Below are positions 35,705-44,303 of a stretch of 64,000 nucleotides of DNA, one piece after another. Location of the stretch: IMG/VR virus record IMGVR_UViG_3300025423_000009, positions 1 through 64,000 of that record. One strand, written 5' to 3'. The notes beneath the pieces were generated by a model that was not told the origin of the DNA, searched no databases, and was given only the letters and a program-made list of their open reading frames with translations. The position numbers and the translations under genes were made by a program. Every line of letters starts with the position of its first letter. Within the stretch, counting starts at the first letter, position 1. The stretch comes from a virus.

Positions 35705-36919
35705 TCAACGTTGCCAGCCTTTAACCACGTCTGGACTGAAGTTAGCTTTGGAGAACTCCAGTCGATCGACCAGCTTGACGGTTCCGGCCTTGGTTCCGAC
35801 CACGTAGCCTTCCTGTCCGGTTCGTTCGTATCCATCCTTGGTCTTCAGAAACGTCGAGATTCCTCCAAGACGATTTAGCTGAGCAATCAATTCCTTCTTG
35901 GCTCCCACCAGTTGAGCCTGAAGCTTGAATGCCTTGACGATGTTTGACAGATTCTCTCTGGAGAAGAAGTCGAACGTGATCTGACGTCGTGCATTGACGG
36001 CCTGCTTACCCTTCTCGGTCTTCTTCGAAGCCACTTCCCGATCGAAGCGAGCGTTCATCCAGGCCACGAGCTCCGTGGCATGCTTCTGTGGATCATCGAT
36101 CTCTCGGCCCGCACGAACCTTCGAATTAGCAAAGGTCTCGATGGTCTGAGCCAGATCAGGATTGGATTGCAAGGCTTTTAGAATCGAGGACGGAATGGAC
36201 TTGAGAGTGGCCTCGGCTTCCTTGAGAGTCGCATCGACTTTACCGAGGTCTGCGGTGGATGATACCTTCTCCGTGCCGATACCCTTGAGATCCGCCGTGC
36301 GCCACCAGATCGAAGGAATTCGCTTAAACGATTTGGTGTCTACTCCCGGAGAAGCATGGAGTGCACTCAGCTTACCGGTATATGACGTATGAAACACCAC
36401 GCCGATCTTGGCGGCCATGATAGCCTTGGCTTCCGATGAATCGAGTGGAACCGCGTAAACGATCGTGTTTGGATGAAAGGTGACGTAGTCTCGACCTTGA
36501 ATCTTCTGACGCTTCAGAGTGTCGGACGTGAAGAGCAAATCTCCTTGAATGATTCCTCGAATGCCAAGCTTGGAGAACTCGATCAGAGCGACCTTCATCT
36601 TGTTATTGAGATCTCCGGCCTCGATGTGATCGTCGATGTCCTGTGGAGTCTTATACACCTCTGGAACTTTATTGAAGATCGACTTCTTGGCCACGAAGAA
36701 CTTACCATCGGCTGGATCGGTACCACAGAAAATTGCCGGCGCGCCATCCCACTTGACCGTGACGGAAGCCGTGGCTCCTTTTCCGGTCAGAGAGTCACGA
36801 ACCGCACGAAGAGCCTGAATGGCCGACTTGGCGCCCTCGATACCACCATAGAGGACCTGATCCTCCACATGAGTTAGATGTCCAGAACCTTCGAGAATGA
36901 ATTGCTTGAAAGTCATCAT
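35705..36919 (-). CDS. DUF6267-like protein with a ligase-type KWDG motif
   Basis: HLTHVED, TVKWDGAPAI, FFVAKKS.FNK, QGDLLFT, PNTIVY, EGYV, KLVDRLEFS; MMTFKQFILE tag. Confidence 0.7.
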   Translation of the reverse strand: MMTFKQFILEGSGHLTHVEDQVLYGGIEGAKSAIQALRAVRDSLTGKGATASVTVKWDGAPAIFCGTDPADGKFFVAKKSIFNKVPEVYKTPQDIDDHIEAGDLNNKMKVALIEFSKLGIRGIIQGDLLFTSDTLKRQKIQGRDYVTFHPNTIVYAVPLDSSEAKAIMAAKIGVVFHTSYTGKLSALHASPGVDTKSFKRIPSIWWRTADLKGIGTEKVSSTADLGKVDATLKEAEATLKSIPSSILKALQSNPDLAQTIETFANSKVRAGREIDDPQKHATELVAWMNARFDREVASKKTEKGKQAVNARRQITFDFFSRENLSNIVKAFKLQAQLVGAKKELIAQLNRLGGISTFLKTKDGYERTGQEGYVVGTKAGTVKLVDRLEFSKANFSPDVVKGWQR

Positions 36920-36923
36920 ATCA

Positions 36924-37826
36924 TCATTCGGCTGAGTCAGAAGCTTCAATCTTTACTAGCGGCTTGATAGTCTTGGAAGTGTATCGCTCGATCGAGACGT
37001 CCGTGGCCTTCACGGATTTAACGGCCACGATCGTTCCCATCTTCGGATAGTTTTCAACGTTGTGAAGGAACACGACCTCGTGATTCTTGAAGTAATGATC
37101 GTAAGCGATCTTTCCAAACTTCTCCTCGATCTTCTGAAACTCTTTGGGAAACTTAGCTTTCAGCTCAGCGATGATTGATCCAGGAATCTCGGAAGTGACT
37201 TCGAATCCACCACGATTGGCCAGATCGATCAATGCGCGCTCGACTTCGATGGTCGAGAAAGTACCTCCGAGCTTAAAGTCATAAGCGTGTCCGGACTTCT
37301 TAACCTTCACGGCCTTGAGTTCATACTCGGCTTCCGGAAGCATGATGTCTTTTCCACCCGAAGATCCGCCACCTAAAGTCGCGTAGTCATACATGAAGTA
37401 GAACAAGACTTCACCGGGACCGATTCCTTTGACTCCATAGTTGTATAGTCTTGCAAATGATTTGCCGCTTTCGAGCTCGGAGTTTTTCAGTTCAGCCAAT
37501 GCGTGATTGAACTCTTCCTTCTTAATCGTCTTGCTCTTTAAAGTCTTAGATATATGGAACTTTGGAAAGTAGTACTTGCAGAAGAGGTATTGAATCTCAC
37601 GCTTGTTCTTCAGAGTCTGAAAGTCCGTGCCGGTTAGATTGAGTTGAGTCACGTGTTCGGCGCGATTGAGGAATTCTTTATCTAGTTTGTCGACGTCAGA
37701 CTTCTCAGAAGTGGCCTCGTTGATGATGACCTCCGCACGATTGATGAATGCTATGTCAAGCCCATACGTTTCAGGATCGATCGATTTGAGGCAATGGCCG
37801 CGAAATTCATTGAGCGTCTTCTTCAT
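36924..37826 (-). CDS. PD-(D/E)XK-fold putative nuclease, late
   Basis: G.GPGE, KDI......YELKA (D..ExK); AATAAATA promoter variant at 37834-37841. Confidence 0.55.
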   Translation of the reverse strand: MKKTLNEFRGHCLKSIDPETYGLDIAFINRAEVIINEATSEKSDVDKLDKEFLNRAEHVTQLNLTGTDFQTLKNKREIQYLFCKYYFPKFHISKTLKSKTIKKEEFNHALAELKNSELESGKSFARLYNYGVKGIGPGEVLFYFMYDYATLGGGSSGGKDIMLPEAEYELKAVKVKKSGHAYDFKLGGTFSTIEVERALIDLANRGGFEVTSEIPGSIIAELKAKFPKEFQKIEEKFGKIAYDHYFKNHEVVFLHNVENYPKMGTIVAVKSVKATDVSIERYTSKTIKPLVKIEASDSAE

Positions 37827-37839
37827 GTCCTTCTATTTA

Positions 37840-38688
37840 TTAGATTCCTTGTTTCTCGATCGAAGCCGGAAGTTCCGTGGCCTTGGAATTCATGGCCGCT
37901 CGAGGCTTCAGAGTCACTCGAACTCCCTTATACTCCTTACCATCCACCTTGAATCGAGCCGAAGGCATCGCTTCCGCCGATAGAACCACACGCCTCTGTT
38001 GATCATTCAGGTACATATTCAGATCTCGATCATTAAGCCTGAATCCCACGGAAGCTCGAAGAGTGTAAGACTCTCCGGTCTTAGACAGTCGAAACACCTT
38101 TCCCTCACTTCGAAACTCAATATTGTCCTTGCTCTTCTTCGTATCCCTCTTGTACAATGGACCAAATACGGCTCGTCCGGCTAGCTTGCGATCCTTTACA
38201 GGTAGAAAGAAGCTCTTCTGACCTTCCGTGATGTCGATTAAACGACTGGCCACTTGGCGCAGAAATGCCGCGACCTCTGAATCCTTGGAGATGTTGCCGA
38301 TCCGTCCTCCATCGGCATGGAATGACAGGCCCGAGTAGAAGTCGATCTGAGAGGGATTTGTCACCCAATCCAGACAGAAGTAGCACGTCTCCTGAAACTT
38401 GCCATTGATCAGAGAAACGAAGGCCAGATCCGCCTTCGATCGAGTCTGGCGATCAAGATCTATGAGAGGATGATTGAAGACTCGATTGACGCCATAGATG
38501 TCCTTGAGCTTAATTGGTGTGTTGGCGATGGTTAGCGTGATCGGCTCACCGATGCGAAAGAGCTCAGAATTAAAGTAAGTCATGAACGCCGTGATGCCGC
38601 GTTCCATGGAAGACGGATCGTTGAGCTTGTATGACTTGTCGAGTGAGGCCTGCTGAAAGAGCAGGCCATGAGTCTTCGCGGATGGCAT
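37840..38688 (-). CDS. Hypothetical late protein, possibly degenerate PD-(D/E)XK fold
   Basis: SKADLAF but no ExK/SxK; YSGLS; RAVFG. Confidence 0.5.
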   Translation of the reverse strand: MPSAKTHGLLFQQASLDKSYKLNDPSSMERGITAFMTYFNSELFRIGEPITLTIANTPIKLKDIYGVNRVFNHPLIDLDRQTRSKADLAFVSLINGKFQETCYFCLDWVTNPSQIDFYSGLSFHADGGRIGNISKDSEVAAFLRQVASRLIDITEGQKSFFLPVKDRKLAGRAVFGPLYKRDTKKSKDNIEFRSEGKVFRLSKTGESYTLRASVGFRLNDRDLNMYLNDQQRRVVLSAEAMPSARFKVDGKEYKGVRVTLKPRAAMNSKATELPASIEKQGI

Positions 38689-38692
38689 GTCC

Positions 38693-39034
38693 TTATTTAC
38701 AAGGGGCAGATGAAGGATGTGACGGTGATTGATAATTCTCGATGCGACGAATCACGTCCTGACGATCGCAGCAGGTGGATATCGAGATCATATTTGGAAT
38801 AGTCTCATGAGCCTCATCGAGCGTATTTTCTGAATCTATACCCTTGAGCTTCTTAATGATTGGAGCCTTACTCTTGGCCAGACACCGTGCTACGGCGCGA
38901 GAAGCAGATACGGATTCAACGACATATTCCCGCTTGGCATAGTTAAACACGTCTCCGATTCGACGGCGAATCTGTCCCGGAGGAATGTCGGTCTGATCGA
39001 GCTCGATGTCATTATATGATATGTTATTTTTCAT
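38693..39034 (-). CDS. Hypothetical protein
   Basis: 113-aa ORF in operon orientation. Confidence 0.5.
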   Translation of the reverse strand: MKNNISYNDIELDQTDIPPGQIRRRIGDVFNYAKREYVVESVSASRAVARCLAKSKAPIIKKLKGIDSENTLDEAHETIPNMISISTCCDRQDVIRRIENYQSPSHPSSAPCK

Positions 39035-39177
39035 AGATTAGTCTGATTGATGATTATCCTGTGGTTCATTTCGAGTCGTATATGTGATGATCTTCCAGGC
39101 CATGAAAGCGAGTGGAAACCAAACGATCGCGATGATCGAAATCATGATACAGGCCAGAATGAATCGTACAAGTGCCT

Positions 39178-39792
39178 TCATGCAATCGGAATCAAGTCTC
39201 GAAGGTATCGATACAGTTCGACGGTCTTACGAATGTCGTACGAGGCATCATGTGCCTGAGAGTCGTCCCATCCAAGTTCCGCGCACTTGCATACCGTATT
39301 CAGCTTAAAATTGGGCAGCGCCCCGCGAATCGACTGAACATACCATGCCGCGGCTTGCATGACACAGAGAGCCGGAACCCAGAACCACGAGCCAAAGAAC
39401 TCGTCGTTGTTCTTGCGAAAGAACTCGCGAACGAAGTCCGCATCGAACTGTGCGTTATATCCGACAAAGTGCATCTTATCGGCCTTGTCGAACTTATCAC
39501 AGTGACGACTCAGGAACTCGACGAATAGGCCATAAGCCTGCGTGGCCGACATCGGCCTGGCCATGAGTTCATCGAGAGTAACCTTGCCGAGCTTCAGGGC
39601 TTCTGGATCGGAGGCTAAGACAATGAACGGACAGAACTTCAGATCGATCTTCTCGAGCTCATTGAGATTCGAGTCCGTGATGATGGCGGACAGTTGATGG
39701 ATGTTGTGTGTCTTTCGATCGATGCCATTGGTCTCGACGTCGATGAAGCAGTATTTGTATTGAGGGCGATCTTTCATTGTAAATTGGAGCAT
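39178..39792 (-). CDS. DEDDh 3'-5' exonuclease (DnaQ-like)
   Basis: FIDVETNG, FVGYNAQFDADF, AHDASYDI. Confidence 0.9.
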   Translation of the reverse strand: MLQFTMKDRPQYKYCFIDVETNGIDRKTHNIHQLSAIITDSNLNELEKIDLKFCPFIVLASDPEALKLGKVTLDELMARPMSATQAYGLFVEFLSRHCDKFDKADKMHFVGYNAQFDADFVREFFRKNNDEFFGSWFWVPALCVMQAAAWYVQSIRGALPNFKLNTVCKCAELGWDDSQAHDASYDIRKTVELYRYLRDLIPIA

Positions 39793-39860
39793 CGGATGGG
39801 ATTCGAACCCACGACCAGCACATTGGAAGTGTGCGACTCTACCAACTGAGTTACCGATGC
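39785..39860 (-). tRNA. tRNA-Gly(TCC)
   Basis: GCATCGG...GCACA-CTTCCAA-TGTGC...GGTTCGAATCC...GATGCTCCA. Confidence 0.93.
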
Positions 39861-39861
39861 G

Positions 39862-40209
39862 TTAGCGGCCAACATTGATTAGTTGAGGATTCTGCAAAAA
39901 GAACGAGCTTTCTGGCGTGACGATGGTGCATGACCTTTGAACCAGAGCATGCATCAGATCTTTGGCCAACTTCTCGGCCTCGCTGTCGATGTCCGCTGAA
40001 GTCTTTGGAAATCGCGGATAGTTGATCAGGCCAATGATGGCTCCGGCTTCTCGACCTCCGGTATAGACGTACTCGGTCGGCGTGACCGTGACACATGCAC
40101 CCTCAGCGCAATGATGCTGACAGAAGTGCTTGATCATAGTGATGTCTCCGGCGATGTAGATCTTAACCTCATAGCTCGCGGCCTCGGACGTAATTGAATT
40201 CGAATTCAT
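39862..40209 (-). CDS. Conserved phage hypothetical protein
   Basis: CVTVTPTEYVYTGG.E.G..IGLINYPRFP. Confidence 0.7.
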   Translation of the reverse strand: MNSNSITSEAASYEVKIYIAGDITMIKHFCQHHCAEGACVTVTPTEYVYTGGREAGAIIGLINYPRFPKTSADIDSEAEKLAKDLMHALVQRSCTIVTPESSFFLQNPQLINVGR

Positions 40210-40415
40210 ACCTTGATTTCCTTTCCATCATGAACGTTCATAAGACACATGCGCTCATCGAGCATCGCGTCGATGCGTTCGGTCCATCGCTTCTTCAGTT
40301 CCGGAGTCTTGGCTTCGTCTCGTCCTTCCTTGAACATCGCGAGTATCTTGTCGACCTGCTCGATCATGTCGAGAATCTGCTTCTTGTCTTCAGGAGTGAG
40401 TTTGTATTTCATCAT
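40206..40415 (-). CDS. Hypothetical protein
   Basis: MMKYKLTPEDKKQ... helical. Confidence 0.55.
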   Translation of the reverse strand: MMKYKLTPEDKKQILDMIEQVDKILAMFKEGRDEAKTPELKKRWTERIDAMLDERMCLMNVHDGKEIKV

Positions 40416-40419
40416 ATAA

Positions 40420-40866
40420 TTAAGAATTGAATAGTCCCTGAGCCCAGGACTTCTTGGTATGTCCATTTGCGGCGGCCCAACGAACAAACAGCCCGAGCTC
40501 TCGTCCATAGGCTTCGATCTCGAGCGGATCGTCCCAGTAGTTTTCCGCAGGATCTTGATTTCGCATGTGTTCTCCAATCACAAACTGCTTGATGTGAACC
40601 GTCTCATGAGCAATTGATAATAGACTCAGCCTTGTATCAACGGATGGATCCACTCGAATCGTATACTCACCATGACCGACCAAATTGTCTGGAGTCACAT
40701 CCGCACATAGGCCTTCGCGCTTCATCAGACCTCGTTCGGCGATCACATTGATGATCGTCCTATGAGTCTGATCGGATGCCAGGTGATTCAGTGTATATTG
40801 AATCAAGGATGCGATCAGTTCAGCTTTCTGCTCTGAGAATGGCTGCTCAAAATATATTCGTGCCAT
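40420..40866 (-). CDS. Zincin-like metallopeptidase (HExxH)
   Basis: SIAHETVHIKQF ... YWDDPLEIEAYG. Confidence 0.75.
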   Translation of the reverse strand: MARIYFEQPFSEQKAELIASLIQYTLNHLASDQTHRTIINVIAERGLMKREGLCADVTPDNLVGHGEYTIRVDPSVDTRLSLLSIAHETVHIKQFVIGEHMRNQDPAENYWDDPLEIEAYGRELGLFVRWAAANGHTKKSWAQGLFNS

Positions 40867-40870
40867 AGTA

Positions 40871-41137
40871 TTACTTATCGCTTGGATATGCGGCAATCAG
40901 CTTGCGAGCCTGAATCAAAACCTGCTCAAGCTCATCGAGGTCAAAGCTCAACTTTCCCTCGGAGTCTTCGAAACACTGAGTCAGAACGATGAACGGTCCG
41001 CCTGCCTCATCCTGAATACGAATCTTTGTCACGGAATGACCAAAGATCGGATTCTCACCGACACGATGTATCGAGACCTCGATCGGAGTGGTGACGAGGT
41101 ATTTCACGGATGGAATGTCTTTATTTTCAGTGCTCAT
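40871..41137 (-). CDS. Hypothetical early protein
   Basis: Follows early promoter at 41169-41220; IQDEAGGPF motif. Confidence 0.6.
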   Translation of the reverse strand: MSTENKDIPSVKYLVTTPIEVSIHRVGENPIFGHSVTKIRIQDEAGGPFIVLTQCFEDSEGKLSFDLDELEQVLIQARKLIAAYPSDK

Positions 41138-41168
41138 TGGTGTGAATTTTGAATTTGTTAAGGTTGTT

Positions 41169-41220
41169 TTTATTCTGAGATAATTCTATCATGAAGACCT
41201 GAATTGTAAACAAAAAAGTG
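41169..41220 (-). promoter_or_regulatory. Early promoter (T-tract GTTTACA ... TTCATGATAGAAT)
   Basis: Family consensus; 27 nt (41169-41195) identical to 56664-56690. Confidence 0.7.
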
Positions 41221-41375
41221 CAGGAGAATCTCTACTTGTATGAGTTTACGATCTAATTGTGTGAAAATAATCATTTTTGCGTTCTAATTGTGTCAAAGAT
41301 GTCTTTTCAAGGGCTTGGAGAGATCTAATTGAATGAAACGGATCGATCCTGCAAATCATTTGAAATTGAGATTTG

Positions 41376-41419
41376 CATAAATAAAAGATGCTGGCCACGG
41401 TATGCAACTACCTGCCAGC
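41376..41419 (+). promoter_or_regulatory. Late promoter CATAAATA plus conserved hairpin (HEG leader, copy 4)
   Basis: GCTGGC-CAC-GGTA-TGCAAC-TACC-T-GCCAGC at 41390-41419. Confidence 0.8.
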
Positions 41420-41453
41420 TCTGCAGTTTAACAATTAACATAGCAACCACAGC

Positions 41454-42116
41454 ATGCATATTTATCGATATCCCTCCCGTGAACTTTTATGTTCACTTCC
41501 CAAACTCCCATTCTTTTATGTCATTCAACATCGCGTATCAGGCAAACTTTATGCCGGTTATAAAGGCAAAAAGCCTGATCTTGGAACGTTTATGACGAAT
41601 GATGGATATATGACCTCATCTGGATCAATCAAATACATTCTTAAAACAGAAGGAATTGACAGTTTTATTATTCGACGAATTCGACTATTTGATACTTATC
41701 AAGATGCATTTAATCATGAAATATCTTTTCTAAGTCGCATTGATGCCATGCATAATCTATCATTCTTTAATAAAACAAATGGCCATCCTGAATATACACA
41801 GACCGGCAGAATCACCTCTCTTCAGGCTCGAAATAAACTTTCAAAGGCCGCTAAAGGCAAAAAACAATCTCCTGAATGGATTGAGAAAAGAACGAAAAAG
41901 ATTCGCGGTATTAAGAGAACGCCTGAGCAAAATGAAAAGAATCGGCAGGCTAAATTGGGAACATTACATTCAGATGAAACCAAGCGTAAGATGTCGGAAT
42001 CACATAGAGGCGTTAAACGAGCTCCCCTCACTGAGGCTCATAGAAAAGCCATCAGTGAAGGGAATCGTAAGCGACAGGCTAATAAAATAAAAACTGCAGG
42101 GCAGCCAAGCCAATAA
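41454..42116 (+). mobile_element. GIY-YIG-like homing endonuclease with NUMOD3 repeats (HEG4, paralog of HEG1)
   Basis: LPKLPFFYVI...KLYAGYK...GYMTSS shared with HEG1; HSDETKRKMSESH; AT-rich; antisense. Confidence 0.8.
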
Positions 42117-43653
42117 AGAATGTCCAAGCGGCGTAAGTCGAAATAAGACGTACTAGTTCATCATCTTTCAGATTAGCACCGCCTGCAGAATACATATTCA
42201 ATCCACGCTGAAGCTTACGAAGGTTGGCCGTCTGCTTAGACTTACCTTCTTTAAGCACCTTGATCACTCTGAGACGTTCTTCATGAGACAATGAAAGACC
42301 GGACTGAAGCGGAATTTTATTACAGATCTGTTCCATGAACTCGAAAACCTCTTCATCACTGGGATTGATATCCACCAAAAAAGCTCTTGTTCTGATTGCT
42401 CCGTCTGGATCGAGCTTGTCCATGTTCAGGTTCGAGATGAAGATGACCTTGCCCGTGAACTCGAAGTATCGAGGAATCTCACCGGCATCCAGAATCTCTT
42501 CGTCCGAACGGTCGTCGTCCGGATCGACAACATTTGATCCGCGTTTATTCCACACCAGCTTACGAATCTTCTTGGTATCAGTCGCCGCCTTCAGAATGTT
42601 ACGCGCTTCCTGATCCTTCAGCGCGTCATCGGAATCATCGAAGAGAATCACGCCATCCTTGTAGCGAAAGAGCAGAGTGTACAGACCGGCAGGAGAAGCC
42701 GTACCCGTGTTCTTGAAATAACCGTCGCCGTCCTTGAGGCCGAGTTCATGCAGCACTTCCTCGACCGTATGAGTCTTACCAACGCCACCGCGACCGGCAA
42801 TGAAGAGAGCATTCGACGAACCTCCGATCGTCATTTTGATCAAATGGCGCAGATCGGAAAGCTGAGTCTTATATGGTAAGCGCTCGATCAGCTTCTCGGT
42901 CTTGGAATCCGTGGAGTATTGCTCATCGGAAGATCCTCGCGATACGGAGGCACCGGTGCATCCGATTCCGGCCAAGACTTTGGACTTGGCAATGATCAAT
43001 TCACGCACGTCTTCGGCCGTTCCTGCCCATGCAAATGACTGCCCCTTCTTGACGATCAGATTGGGAAATTCCTTGATCAAAGCCGCAAAGATAAGCTCAC
43101 CGGTCTTACGATACTGATCGTAGATCGATCCGGGACCATACTTCTTCAAGTTATTGTCCTTGATCATGGCCACGATGCCGTCATAGGCCGTCTCGGGATG
43201 AACGGACTCGAGGATCAGGCCAGAAGCGACTTTCATGTCCAGCGACTCGTTCAGATCCACCTTGGTCGGAGGAGTGAGAAAGTGACCGGACTTGGTGTCA
43301 CCGGTCAGCACGTCGGCGATGATCGGAAGAGTCTGTGCCAAAGAAAGATTCGAGTCGAACTTGATGTGATACGGCGTCTTGGAATCCAACCAGACGTCCG
43401 CGGACTCGACTCCGGTCAGGCCGATCGAGTTGGCCGCCGACCAATTGATGCGGATCGAGCGATTGCCATCCGGAATGAAGAAACGAATGCCATATCCATG
43501 ACCAGCCACTTCGCTCTTAAACTCTTCTGCTTCAGGAAAATGAAAGAGCTCGGCCTCGAGCTTGCGATGCAGGTACGACTTGATCAGCACGGCCGCCTTG
43601 TGTAGGCCAGCCGGTGAGATGCCTTCAGAGAGGTAGTTTTTGAATGATTTCAT
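42079..43653 (-). CDS. AAA+ ATPase with capsid-targeting-like N-terminus
   Basis: Walker A GRGGVGKT, Walker B ILFDDSD, IFISN, RTR; MKSFKNYLSE; late promoter at 43666-43673. Confidence 0.8.
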   Translation of the reverse strand: MKSFKNYLSEGISPAGLHKAAVLIKSYLHRKLEAELFHFPEAEEFKSEVAGHGYGIRFFIPDGNRSIRINWSAANSIGLTGVESADVWLDSKTPYHIKFDSNLSLAQTLPIIADVLTGDTKSGHFLTPPTKVDLNESLDMKVASGLILESVHPETAYDGIVAMIKDNNLKKYGPGSIYDQYRKTGELIFAALIKEFPNLIVKKGQSFAWAGTAEDVRELIIAKSKVLAGIGCTGASVSRGSSDEQYSTDSKTEKLIERLPYKTQLSDLRHLIKMTIGGSSNALFIAGRGGVGKTHTVEEVLHELGLKDGDGYFKNTGTASPAGLYTLLFRYKDGVILFDDSDDALKDQEARNILKAATDTKKIRKLVWNKRGSNVVDPDDDRSDEEILDAGEIPRYFEFTGKVIFISNLNMDKLDPDGAIRTRAFLVDINPSDEEVFEFMEQICNKIPLQSGLSLSHEERLRVIKVLKEGKSKQTANLRKLQRGLNMYSAGGANLKDDELVRLISTYAAWTFFIGLAALQFLFY

Positions 43654-43785
43654 GTGTGCTGGCTGTATTTATACGACGTTCGGATTATATCCAGCGCCTG
43701 GCCTGCTCACGATCTTCTTCCGTAGTTTGCATGGCAATAAACAGATCGTCAAGCGTCATGTCCGTAACAATGATCTCGGTCATGT

Positions 43786-44088
43786 TTAATACGCTACCCA
43801 TATACGAACGAAACGAGGTTCAAAGTGACCAGAATATTGATCGTCTATGACCCATACTTCCTGTCGTTCAGTTGCCCAATATCCAGTGCAGACTGGAGTT
43901 ACAACTATAGGAGCATATTGATAATATGGTCGAGAACAATATGGTCTCGGATAGCAATCGCTATTATAGCCTCCGCCGACATAGACTGGTGCCGGTGATG
44001 CTACGATGCCGATTGAGAAGTTAAAATGACTATGGGCTGAAGCCGATAGAGCCATTAAAAGAGAAGTTAAAATAAAGTACTTTTTCAT
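43786..44088 (-). CDS. Secreted-type small protein (signal peptide, Pro/Tyr-rich)
   Basis: MKKYFILTSLLMALSASA signal; PAPVYV and YPRPY segments. Confidence 0.55.
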   Translation of the reverse strand: MKKYFILTSLLMALSASAHSHFNFSIGIVASPAPVYVGGGYNSDCYPRPYCSRPYYQYAPIVVTPVCTGYWATERQEVWVIDDQYSGHFEPRFVRIWVAY

Positions 44089-44107
44089 ATTCATATTCAT
44101 ATTTATA

Positions 44108-44299
44108 TCAATCCCAAATTTCCACTCTTTCGAGAGCCGCGGCCGGATAGATTTGAACGGATCCATGTTCGGTCGAGGATTCGACGGCATATCCTTCCGG
44201 AGTCAGCGATGTTGAATAGGTTCCGACGACGATGCCTTTCCAGCATGATCCCTTGATTTTACGAACTGAATCGCCGAGTTTGAATTTTGGTTCTTGCAT
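44108..44299 (-). CDS. dfrB: Type II (R67/DfrB-family) dihydrofolate reductase homolog
   Basis: [25 protein letters not shown]....[12 protein letters not shown], matching the R67 SH3 core including VQIY. Confidence 0.85.
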   Translation of the reverse strand: MQEPKFKLGDSVRKIKGSCWKGIVVGTYSTSLTPEGYAVESSTEHGSVQIYPAAALERVEIWD

Positions 44300-44303
44300 A
44301 GTT

